Assembly: GCF_011386835.1 (NCBI RefSeq) | Contig: NC_088799.1 | Coordinates: 66,092,001 to 66,156,000, forward strand | Source of the DNA: Chrysemys picta bellii | Taxonomy: Eukaryota | Length of the DNA stretch: 64,000 nucleotides | Direction: 5' to 3' | Part shown: positions 12,012 to 21,624 of the stretch, piece by piece | How the letters are laid out: each line of letters opens with the position of its first letter | Numbering within the stretch: the first letter of the stretch is position 1 | Notes under the pieces: model-generated | What the model was told of the DNA's origin: nothing | Databases searched by the model: none | What the model saw: only the letters and a program-made list of their open reading frames with translations | Translations under genes and position numbers: made by a program

Positions 12012-13313
12012 ATGGAGCCCGCTCAGCTCAAGACAGCAGTCATGAACATTGTAAACACCTTGCGCGTTCTCGTGGAGTTTATGCTGAGCCAGGACCAGAA
12101 AAACGAGGCAAGGAGGCAGCAGCGGCGGCAGCACAGCGACAAGCATGATGAGGACATGGACATGGACACGGACACAGAATTCTGTGAAACCACAGGCCCC
12201 GGTGCTTTGGAGATCATGTTGTTAATGGGGCAGGTTCTATCCATGGAACGCCAATTCTGGGCAAGGGAAACAAGCACAGACTGGTGGGACCACATAGTGT
12301 TGCAGGTCTGGGACGATTCCCAGTGGCTGCGGAACTTTCGCATGCGTAAGGGCACTTTCATGGAACTTTGTGACTTGCTGTCCCCTGTCCTGAAACGCCA
12401 GAATACCAAGATGAGAGCAGCCCTCACAGTTGAGAAGCGCGTGGCGATAGCCCTGTGGAAGCTTGCAACACCAGACAGCTACCGGTCAGTCGGGAATCAA
12501 TTTGGAGTGGGCAAATCTACGGTGGGGGCTGCTGTGATGCAAGTAGCCAAAGCAATCACTCAGGTGCTGCTACGAAAGGTAGTGACTCTGGGAAATGTGC
12601 AGGCCATAGTGGATGGCTTTGCTGCAATGGGATTCCCTAACTGTGGTGGGGCGATAGATGGAACCCATATCCCTATCTTGGCACCGGAGCACCAAGCCAC
12701 CGAGTACATAAACCGCAAGGGGTACTTTTCAATGGTGCTGCAAGCACTTGTGGATCACAAGGGACGTTTCACCAACATCAACGCGGGCTGGGCGGGAAGG
12801 GTTCATGACGCTCGCGTCTTCAGGAACACTACTCTGTTTAAAGGGCTGCAGCAAGGGACTTACTTTCCGGACCAGAAAATAACCGTTGGGGATGTTGAAA
12901 TGCCAATAGTTATTCTTGGGGACCCAGCCTACCCCTTAATGCCATGGCTCATGAAGCCATACACAGGCAGCTTGGACAGGAGTCAGGAGCTGTTCAACTA
13001 CAGGCTGAGCAAGTGCAGAATGGTGGTAGAATGTGCATTTGGCCGTTTAAAAGGTCGCTGGCGTTCATTATTGACTCGCTCTGACCTCAGCCAAAGAAAT
13101 CTCCCCATTGTTATTTCTGCTTGCTGCGTGCTCCACAATCTCTGTGAAAGTAAGGGGGAGACCTTTATGGCGGGGTGGGAGGCTGAGGCAAATCGCCTGG
13201 CTGCTGATTACGCGCAGCCAGACACCAGGGCGATTAGAAGAGCACACCAGGAAGCGCTGAGCATCAGAGAAGCTTTGAAAACCAGTTTCATGACTGGCCA
13301 GGCTACAGTGTGA
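12012..13313 (+). CDS. Harbinger DDE transposase, intact 433 aa
   Basis: Uninterrupted ORF with an HTH-like segment (LTVEKRVAIALWKLATPDSYRSVGNQFGVGKSTV) and the catalytic D-D-E motifs GAIDGTH / ILGDPAY / MVVECAFGRLKGRW. AATAAA follows at ~13415. Confidence 0.95.
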   Translation: MEPAQLKTAVMNIVNTLRVLVEFMLSQDQKNEARRQQRRQHSDKHDEDMDMDTDTEFCETTGPGALEIMLLMGQVLSMERQFWARETSTDWWDHIVLQVWDDSQWLRNFRMRKGTFMELCDLLSPVLKRQNTKMRAALTVEKRVAIALWKLATPDSYRSVGNQFGVGKSTVGAAVMQVAKAITQVLLRKVVTLGNVQAIVDGFAAMGFPNCGGAIDGTHIPILAPEHQATEYINRKGYFSMVLQALVDHKGRFTNINAGWAGRVHDARVFRNTTLFKGLQQGTYFPDQKITVGDVEMPIVILGDPAYPLMPWLMKPYTGSLDRSQELFNYRLSKCRMVVECAFGRLKGRWRSLLTRSDLSQRNLPIVISACCVLHNLCESKGETFMAGWEAEANRLAADYAQPDTRAIRRAHQEALSIREALKTSFMTGQATV

Positions 13314-13460
13314 AATATCTGTTTGTTTCTCCTTCATGAATACCTGCTCCCTTTATTGATTCTTTTTCTGTAAGGAACCCACCCTCCCCCTTCCCCCAGC
13401 TTGCTTTCAAACCAAATAAAGTCACTATCATTTAAAAATCATTTATTCTTTATTAATAGA

Positions 13461-14074
13461 TTAGAAAAAGAGGGAGGGAACCCGGGTGGGATTTGGGAGG
13501 AGGATCGGTGGGAAGGAAAAGGCCACTAAAAAAAGGTTAAAAAAATGACAGCCTTTTGCTTGGGCTGTCCACTGGGGTGGAATGGGAAGGTGTACGGAGC
13601 CTCCCCCCCCCCACGTTCTTACACATCTGGGTGAGGAGGATACGGAACATGGGGAGGGGGGAGGGGGGTACAGGGGCTGTAGCGGCAGTCTGTTTTCCTG
13701 CAGCCGTTCCTGAAGCTCCATCAGACGCCGGAGCATGTCTGTTTGCTCACGCAGCAGCCCCAGCTTTGCATCCTGCCTCCTCTGATCTTCCTGCCGCCAC
13801 CTCTCATCTCGAGCGTCTCTCCTCTCCTCACGTTGGTCCCTCCTGTCCTCACGTTGGTCCCTCATGTCCTCACGTTGGTCCCTCCTGTCCTCACGTTCAC
13901 TGGCTTCTTTCCTATACTTTGCAACCGTTTCCTTCCACTCATTCAGATGAGCTCTGTCACTGCGGCTGGATTCCATAATTTCTGAAAACATCTCGTCTCG
14001 CGTCTTCTTCTTACGACGCCTTATCTGTGATAGCCTTCGGGATGGAGGAGGGAGGCTTGAGGAATTTGCAGCTG
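13461..14074 (-). CDS. Harbinger Myb/SANT partner protein, exon 2 (nested element)
   Basis: Acceptor TTCCTCTCCCTACAG, phase 1 matches exon 1. Encodes RRRKKKTRDEMFSE and a charged coiled-coil. The tail appears frameshifted at the 10-C run 13603-13612: 8 or 11 C would give GGRLRTPSHSTPVDSPSKRLSFF*, matching the paralog. Confidence 0.82.
13826..13897. repeat. 21-bp tandem repeat (~3.4 copies) encoding REDRRDQ heptads
   Basis: Unit CCTCACGTTGGTCCCTCCTGT at 13826, 13847 and 13868, plus a partial copy at 13889. Confidence 0.92.
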
Positions 14075-14397
14075 CTGTAGGGAGAGGAAAGAAGAGAGAA
14101 TTGTTTAAAAAGATACATTTTGCAGAACAATGCTTATACTCTTTCACGGTGACCAACACTATTCACATTACATAGCACATGTGATTTCTGTGCAAGGTCG
14201 CATTTTGCCTCTTAATACTGAGTGCCTGTGCCTGTGGCTTTGCTGCTAGAGATCACAGGTCCGGGCAACAGAATTCGGCTTGCATGCGGCCAGGGTAAGC
14301 CATTGTCTTACGGCTTCTGCGCCCTCCTTTCCCACATACCAAGCAAAGCCCGTAGAGTGCTGCGGTTTTTCTGTTAACATTCAGCAGCAGCAGAAAA

Positions 14398-14600
14398 CAA
14401 ACTAACCACCCCCCCCCCCGCCATGAATTCTCTGGGATGATCACGGTACCCCTCCCCCCACCGCGTGGCTGGTAACAGGGAAGATCCCTGCAGGAACCAA
14501 ACTAACCCCCCCCCGCCGCCCCCCTCCCGCCATAAATTCTCTGGGATGATCACGGTACCCCTCCCCCCACCGTGTGGCTGGTAACAGGGAAGATCCCTGC
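14398..14600. repeat. ~95-100-bp direct tandem duplication in the Myb intron
   Basis: CAAACTAACC...AATTCTCTGGGATGATCACGGTACCCCTCCCCCCACCG(C/T)GTGGCTGGTAACAGGGAAGATCCCTGC at 14398-14491 and 14498-14600. Confidence 0.9.
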
Positions 14601-14749
14601 TAGCCAAACGCGAAAAGCTCAGGGCCAATTTCCCATCTGCGCTTGGCTAACTGCAGGGAAGGATTTATTTTCCGCCACAGGCAAACAGCCCAGTAGGAAC
14701 GGCCACCTCTGTCCCCTTAATTAAGTTCCCGTATTTCAACCAGGTTACC

Positions 14750-15040
14750 ATGAGTGATATCACTCTCCTGAGGATTACACAACAAGATAAAGAACGGATG
14801 TTGCTTGAATGCCAGCAAACACCGGGACCATACGCTGCCAGGCTTTGTCAGGCAATGATACCAGATTACTTGCTGCAAGCATGGCGTGGTCAAGTGTCCT
14901 ACCATGGAGGACGGAATAAGGATGCACTGCCCAGAAACCTTGTGGCAAGGCTTTTGGAGTACCTCCAGGAGAGCTTCATGGAGATGTCCCTGGAGGATTT
15001 CCGCTCCATCCCCAGACACGTTAACAGACTTTTCCAGTAG
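14750..15040 (+). CDS. Conserved 96-aa third Harbinger ORF (ORF3), antisense in the Myb intron, BEN-domain-like by pattern
   Basis: Aligns without gaps to homologs at 17326-17865 (63/96 identical) and 30639-30932 (43/96). ACCATG start context. ATTAAA at 15087-15092. Confidence 0.75.
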   Translation: MSDITLLRITQQDKERMLLECQQTPGPYAARLCQAMIPDYLLQAWRGQVSYHGGRNKDALPRNLVARLLEYLQESFMEMSLEDFRSIPRHVNRLFQ

Positions 15041-15140
15041 CTGAACTGACCGCGAATGCATCCCTAGTCCTCAGGGCAAAGTAATCATTAAAAACCGTTT
15101 GCTTTTAAAACAAGTTTTATATTTTAAAAGGTAAACTCAC

Positions 15141-15678
15141 CTGAGGTCCCTTCCATGGGGTCAGGGTCTTGGATACTGGCTTGGGAGGGTTGGGAGGGTA
15201 CTTCAGTCAGGGTGAGAAAAAGATCCTGGCTGTTGGGGAGAACGGAGTGCTGTGTGCTCTCTGCAAGCTCATCCTCCTCCTCCTCTCCCCCATCGCCAGA
15301 ATCCTCAGGTGTAGCTGATGAGACTATCCCCGACCCGGAATCCACGATCACAGGTGGGGTAGTGGTGGTGGCCCCCCCTAGAATTGCATGCAGCTCGGCG
15401 TAGAAGCGGCATGTCCGCGGCTCTGACCCAGAGCGACCGTTTGCCTCCTTTGTTTTTTGATAGGCTTGTCTGAGCTCCTTGACTTTCACGCGGCACTGAT
15501 CTGAGTCCCTATTGTGGCCTCTCTCCATCATGCCCTTGGAGATTTTTTCAAAAGTTTTGGCATTTCGTCTTTTAGAACGAAGTTCTGCAAGCACTGAATC
15601 CTCTCCCCATATAGCGATCAGATCCAGTACCTCCCGTACGGTCCATGCTGGTGCTCTTTTTCGATTATCGGCCTGCAT
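15141..15678 (-). CDS. Harbinger Myb/SANT-like DNA-binding protein, exon 1 (nested element)
   Basis: RKRAPAWTVREVLDLIAIWG...QCRVKVKELRQAY...CRFYAELHAIL (Myb_DNA-bind_4/trihelix type). ATG at 15678. Donor CAG|GTGAGT at 15141/15140. The spliced product is ~383 aa. Confidence 0.9.
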
Positions 15679-16353
15679 GGTTACCTGTGCTGATGAGCTA
15701 TCTGTGGTCACCTGTGCTCTCCACGCTGGGCAAACAGGAAATGAAATTCAAATGTTCGCGGGGCTTTTCCTGTCTACCTGGCCAGTGCATCTGAGTTTAG
15801 ATTGCTGTCCAGAGCGGTCACAATGATGCACTGTGGGATAGCTCCCGGAGGCCAATACCATCGAATTGCGGCCACACTATCCCTAATTCGAAATGTTAAA
15901 ATCGATTTTGGCGCTACTCCGCTTGTCGGGGTGGAGTACAGAAATCGATTTAAAGGGCCCTTTATATCGAAATAAATAGCGTCGTTGTGTGGACGGTTGC
16001 AGGGTAAATTCGAATTAAAGCTGATAAATCCGAATTAAAGTCGTAGTGTAGACCAGGCCAAAGTCACATGGGCCCCCCCCCACAGAACATGAAAACCACC
16101 TCCTAGACTGACCAGGGTGCCTAGTGACTGCAATGTGTGTATGACCTTCTGCTGAACCTGCCCCCGTGTCTGTACCCTGGTAAAGGTGACTGTCCTCTCC
16201 AATTACCAACCCCCTTCCTCCCCTTCAAACACACTCTCCTCTAAAAGAACATGATGGAAACAGTAATTAACAGAAACGTATATTTTATTAACAATTACAC
16301 AGTTAGGGGATGAAACTGGGATGGGGGCTTGGGTAGGCAGGAAGGAAAGGACT

Positions 16354-16823
16354 TCAAATTTTTGGGAATGAGAGCCTTCTGGTACTTGAGCAGTCTGCAG
16401 GGGTGGAGTGACAGTTTTCACGGCCCCTGCCGCCCCTCCTTCTTGGGACTTTGGGTGAGGGGGGTATGGGACTTTGTGGCGGGGGAGGGCGGTTAGAGAT
16501 AGACTGCAGCGGGGCTCTGTCCTCCTGCCTCCGGTCCTGCAGAACATCCACAAGGCGCTGGAGCGTGTCCATTTGCTCCCTCATTAGTCCAAGCAGTGTT
16601 TGAGTCGCCTGCTGGTCTTCCTGCCGCCACCTCTCCTCCCGTTCGCTGTGTGCTCACTGGTATTGCGACATGTTCTCCCTCCACTGGGTCTGCTGGGCCG
16701 CATCGGCTCGGGAGCAGCCCATAAGTTCTGAGAACATGTCGTCCCGTGTCCTTTTCTTTCTCCGTCTAATCTGCACCAGCCTCTGCGAGGGGGATGCCAG
16801 GGTAGGTCGGGAGACAGTCGCAG
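16354..16823 (-). pseudogene. Myb/SANT partner exon 2 (outer element) with a premature stop
   Basis: Acceptor TTTTTCCCATCCCACAG. Encodes RRRKKRTRDDMFSE. In-frame TGA at 16654-16656, after which the frame continues to RRLSFPKI*. Confidence 0.85.
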
Positions 16824-17325
16824 CTGTGGGATGGGAAAAAGGGAGTGAATTCCTCACAAAGATAATTTTTTGTGAACAATGAACATAGTCTTTCTCTGTG
16901 AACAAGACCATGCACAGCACCTATCACATGCGCACTCAGGACAAGGTCGAATTTTCGGCCTTCGCATTCAGTGCCTGGGGTCTTGCAGTGAAGATCAGAC
17001 AAGCGGGGCAGGACAGCAGAATTCGGGTAGCAGGCTGACATGGTAAGCCATAGACTTTTGGCTGCTTAAAACTTAAATTAGAGCAGTGCCCTCCTTTCAC
17101 GTTCAAAGCAATGCTCCTAGCGTTGGGCAGTTCCTGCTGCCGGCAATCTGGCAAGCATGAACTCTGCCCCTGTCCCACCCCCTCGCGGCTGTCCACGGGA
17201 AAGATCCCTGTATGCTGCCCCTCTCCCGCCTCCACCGCGTGGCGGTAAACCACCGGTGACAGTTCTGTAAAGGAACAGGCAAGCAGTCCCAATAGTAACA
17301 TTCCCCTAATTCTAAGAAGGTCACC

Positions 17326-17865
17326 ATGAGCGACATCACTCTGCTGAGAATTTCTGAGACCGAGAAAGACCGCATGCTGCATGAAAGCCAGCAAAAACCA
17401 GGGTCGTATGCCACCATGCTCTGCAAGGCAATGATCCCAGAGTACTTGATGATAGCCTGGCAAGGAAAAGTTTCCTACCACGGAGGCAGGGCCGGCTCCA
17501 GGCACCAGCTTCTCAAGCAGGTGCTTGGGGCGGCCGGTTGGGAAAGGGGCGGCAGGTCCAGGTATTCGGCGGCAATTCGGCGGACGGTCCCTCACTCCAG
17601 CTCGGAGTGAAGGACCTCCCGCCGAATTGCCGCCGCAGATCGCGATTGCGATCGCGGCCGCGGCTTTTTTTTTTTTTTTTTTTGGTTTTGGCTGCTTGGG
17701 GCGGCCAAAACCCTGGAGCCGGCTCTGCACGGAGGACACAATAAGGCCGCTCTCCCCAGGAACCTCATGCAAAGGCTTTCCAATTACTTCCAGGAGAGCT
17801 TAGTGGAGATGACCCATGAGGATTTCAGCTCTATCCCCGGACATATAGACCTTCTTTTCCAGTAA
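17326..17865 (+). pseudogene. ORF3 homolog of the outer element, split by a hAT MITE
   Basis: Removing 17487-17735 restores a 96-aa frame MSDITLLRISETEKDRMLHE...YHGGHNKAALPRNL...GHIDLLFQ*. Confidence 0.8.
17487..17727. mobile_element. hAT MITE (CAGGGCCGGCTC family, 241 bp)
   Basis: TIRs CAGGGCCGGCTCC / GGAGCCGGCTCTG. Perfect TSD CACGGAGG (17479-17486, 17728-17735). Confidence 0.93.
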
Positions 17866-18063
17866 CTGCACTGGCAAGGACTAAAAAGTAGAGCGCCTAG
17901 GGGAAACTAATCATGATAAACCGGACATTGTTAGATTCTTTTGCAGTAGTTGCACTGCCAAGGACTAAAACGTTAAGCGCCTAGGGCAAACAAATCATGA
18001 AAAACTCATTGTTAATATTCCTGTTCTGTTCAAAATAAATGTTTACATGTTTAAAACACTTAC

Positions 18064-18613
18064 CGACTGATCCTTCCCCTGATTCAGGGTCTGGGTTAAT
18101 GCCTGGGGACGGTTGGTAGGGGATCTCTGTGAGGGTGATGAAGAGATCCTGGCTGTCTGGGAAATCAGCGTTGTAAGTGCTGTCGACTGCCTTGTCCTCC
18201 TCCTCACCTTCCTCATCTTCCCCGTCCGCTAACTTCTCCGAGGAAGTGGCCATCGACAATATCCCATCCTCAGAGTCCACGGTCAGTGGTGGGGTAGTGG
18301 TGGTGGCCGCACCTAGAATGGAATGCAGTGCCTCGTAGAAACGGCATGTCTGGGGCTGGGATCCGGAGCGTCCGTTTGACTCTTTGGTCTTCTGGTATGC
18401 TTGTCTCAGCTCCTTGATTTTCACGCGGCACTGTGTTGCATCCCGGCTGTATCCTCTCTCTGTCATGGCTTTTGAGATCTTCTCGTAGATCTTTGCATTC
18501 CGTCTTTTCGATCGCAGCTCCAAAAGCACGGACTCATCGCCCCACACAGCGATCAGATCCAAGACTTCCCGATCAGTCCATGCTGGGGCCCTCTTTCTAT
18601 TCTGAGATTGCAT
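18064..18613 (-). pseudogene. Myb/SANT partner exon 1 (outer element)
   Basis: RKRAPAWTDREVLDLIAVWG...QCRVKIKELRQAY. Donor G|GTAAGT at 18064/18063, phase 1. Alternative upstream ATG at 18640. The gene is disabled by the exon 2 stop. Confidence 0.87.
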
Positions 18614-19555
18614 GGTCACCTCTGCTGGAGAACTCTGCATCGTTGCCAGTGCTGCTGAGCTCGCCACGATGTCCAAACAGGAAATGAGATTCAAACTGCC
18701 CAGACAGGAAAAGGAATTCAAATTTTCCCGGGGCTTTTCCTGTGTGGCTGGTCAGAGCATCCGAGCTCGGACTGCTGTCCAGAGCGTCAACAGAGTGGTG
18801 CACTGTGGGATAGCTCCCGGAGCTATTAGCGTCGATTTCCATCCACACCTACCCTAATTCGACATGGCCATGTCGAATTTAGCGCTACTCCCCTCGTTGG
18901 GGAGGAGTACAGAAATTGAATTTAAGAGACCTCTATGTCGAACTAAATAGCCTCGTTGTGTGGACGGGTGCAGGGTTAATTCAATTTAACGCTGCTAAAT
19001 TCGACATAACCTCCTAGTGCAGACCAGGCCTAAGCTTTTGTAGGAGTGTGCACATAATGATGGCCTGCAGTGGGGAATTCATGGCAAAATACACTACTTC
19101 TGTCTCAAGATAATGTGAGGAGAACCGCTCCAGGCTCTCCCTTCTGGCTCAGTTGGTGGAGAAGCTTCCTACACACCACAAAGGGCCAGCATGTCTTGCC
19201 TGCAACGTTCATTGACTTGAGCACAAGTCACACAGTGGGGTTCAACAGTAATAGGCTAAGTTTGCTCTAGTGTCTTACCACCAGCAACCAAATAGAGCAG
19301 AGCAATTACGGCAAAGCAGATGTTAAAAAAAACTCAAACCACTCACTGAACAAGGTAACACTCCCCCTTCCTGTATTGTCCACGGAGCAGTTGAGATTTC
19401 AGCCAGGGAAGCACCAGATAGCCAGGGCCATCCTTAGGATTTATGGGGCCCTATGCAGTATTATTAAACTGCTGCCCCTATGCCCAATGGCAGCCCAGAC
19501 TCGCATGTGTATTTTAGATAAGGATGGTCTTTTGAAGGATTTATTAAAAAAACTA

Positions 19556-19744
19556 CACCTCTACCCCAATATAACGCGGCCCAATATAACATGAATTCGG
19601 ATAGAACGTGGTAAAGCAGAGCTCCGGGGGGGGCGGGGCTGCGCACTCCGGCGGATCAAAGCAAGTTCGATATAACACGGTTTCACCTATAACGCGGTAA
19701 GATTTTTTGGCTCCCGAGGACAGCGTTCTATCGGGGTAGAGGTG
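19556..19744. mobile_element. Tc1/mariner (Tigger/pogo-like) MITE
   Basis: TIRs CACCTCTACCCCAATATAACGC / GCGTTCTATCGGGGTAGAGGTG with TA on both sides. Confidence 0.85.
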
Positions 19745-19904
19745 TATATGTCTGAAGATTCTAGCATTTAAACCTAAAGATGAATACTCAGATTGTGCAT
19801 CTAAAAATCTATGCAAGGATTTTTTAGAGATGTGATTTTATAATCTTCAGCAACACACTAATGAAATATTTTTAAAGCAAATTTTAAACTAAGATCCTGT
19901 AGAC

Positions 19905-20580
19905 CAGTGGTTCCCAAACTGGGGTTTGTGAACCCCTGGGGGTTCATGAAATGTTACAGGGGGTTCTCAGGAAAAAATTCCCTAATGGTGGACAGAGCTG
20001 TCCCTAGGGACCCCGGGCAGCACGGGGCCAGCAGCACGGAGCCCCTATCACACTTCAAGACTCCTTATAAGAAATGGAAAGGGAGGTGGATATTTTTTGC
20101 TGTTTTTAAAAAATGAAATAGGCAGCTAGTATTGTTTTTAAAATTATCAAGAAGAAGTTTAAGCTTTGTTGTAATGTGTGTTGTTTGCCTGGGCTGCTCG
20201 AGACCTGAATGCTTGTGTACGAGGAACTCTGAGTTGGCTTCTTAAATCCCTTCCTGCTGTTTCACATCTGATACTCCTTGATGAAACATAGGAGCCTTGT
20301 CTTATAACAGGCTTATTCAAAGTGATACAAGCTATGAAAGTGAGATCTTGGAAGAGTGTTGCCATTTTCATAATGTAATAAAAATACCATAATGATAAAT
20401 AATAATAGTGTGTAATAAGCATGTCAAAAACAAATTTTATATTTCCAAGATCACTGCTTTTATAATTTATACTCAGGTAAAGGAGAAAATCCCTAGAAAT
20501 ATTCATTTTTAGGAGGGGGTTCGTGAGACTTGACATTTTAGTGAAAGGGGTTCACAGGTTGTTAAAGTTGGGAACCACTG
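19905..20580. mobile_element. hAT non-autonomous element (676 bp)
   Basis: TIRs CAGTGGTTCCCAAACT / AGTTGGGAACCACTG. Perfect TSD CTGTAGAC. Confidence 0.92.
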
Positions 20581-21624
20581 CTGTAGACTAACATGTTCTG
20601 AGTAAATATTACCGTAATGCACAATTGTTTTTGGCAGTAAATTCAGAAACTGGCAGTATATACCTGGGGGTTGGCAAATGCCTGTTAAATGGCTTCATTA
20701 CCACTTGAAGGGCTCTTTAACAGTTTCAGTGTTGTGCTAATAGATCTGGCAGGCAGGAGGCTTTTTCACTTTTAAGTACTAGATCCCCTCTGGAGGAAGA
20801 CTCACCAGGCTGCAGCAGCCAGCTGTGGTGGGAGCCTGCAGGAAGGGTCAGAACAGGGAGAGAAAGAGGTGTGTGGGGGGGGTTGGATACTAAAACGCAG
20901 GAGTGGCCCAAATTTTGGGTGCCCTACACAGCCGTGTATGCTGTGTATGCCTAAGGACGGCCCTGCAGATAGCCCCGCTTGCAAACTCCCAGGGTAAGTG
21001 TTCAGTGCTGCTGGGTCAGGCAGACTTTTGTAGCGTTAACAATTTTACTTAACCTAGACTTACAAATATTGGTACAAACTGTCGTATGCCAAGAGATAGC
21101 GCTCTTTACAGTGTAACAGCAGAGGCGTGCAAAGGAAAGAAGCCAGACCACATTATCTAAAACTCCAACAAAACTTTACCATGACTGGAGACCTCCCACA
21201 GCAGCAGCAGCCTCCCCTAGAGCTGGTGACAGGTGGTGTGACCCACTAAAAGAACATTTTATTTCAATTTCCTTAGCCTCTCTCTTTCAAACCACAGCCA
21301 CCTGTAACCCAGCTAGTGGGGAAGGTGAAGCTAGTCACAATAGGAACTAACTACAGACACAAGCCATGTGCCTGAGTTTTCAGAGGAGCTAAGCATCCAT
21401 ATCTCCCATTGACTACAACATAGGTATGAGTGTCCAGCACCTCTGAAATATCAGGCCCAGCCAGAGCTGAGGGCCAGGGACCCTGCCCAGAAGCCCAAGC
21501 CTAGGCAAGTCGGGATTCTACCCACAGTCCCCCAAAAGGCAGTATTTTGGGGACAGGGATTCAGTACCACAGAAGTGTAACCAACCCCAAGCACTGAAAT
21601 CATCAGTCAGACCCCAAAAATAAC

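Larger units (their letters stand above)
11630..16059 (+). mobile_element. PIF/Harbinger DNA transposon, nested, near-intact (4430 bp)
   Basis: Ends GGGTATGTCTACACTACG and CGTAGTGTAGACCAGGCC. AAA TSD (11627-11629, 16060-16062). The outer sequence rejoins as CCCTGCCAC-AAA-GTCACATGG. Confidence 0.95.
9502..19030 (+). mobile_element. PIF/Harbinger DNA transposon (outer element, interrupted by a nested Harbinger and a hAT MITE)
   Basis: Ends GGGTATGTCTACACTA and TAGTGCAGACCAGGCC. TAA TSD (9499-9501, 19031-19033). Contains transposase (+) and Myb/SANT (-) genes. Confidence 0.93.

Noticed and set aside
13826-14600. Short direct repeats considered as a CRISPR-like array
   Set aside because: The units are head-to-tail with no unique spacers, the context is a eukaryotic transposon, and there are no cas genes.
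20880-20965. Right end of a hAT-like element (...AAGGACGGCCCTG)
   Set aside because: No matching left TIR or TSD was found, so boundaries cannot be supported.
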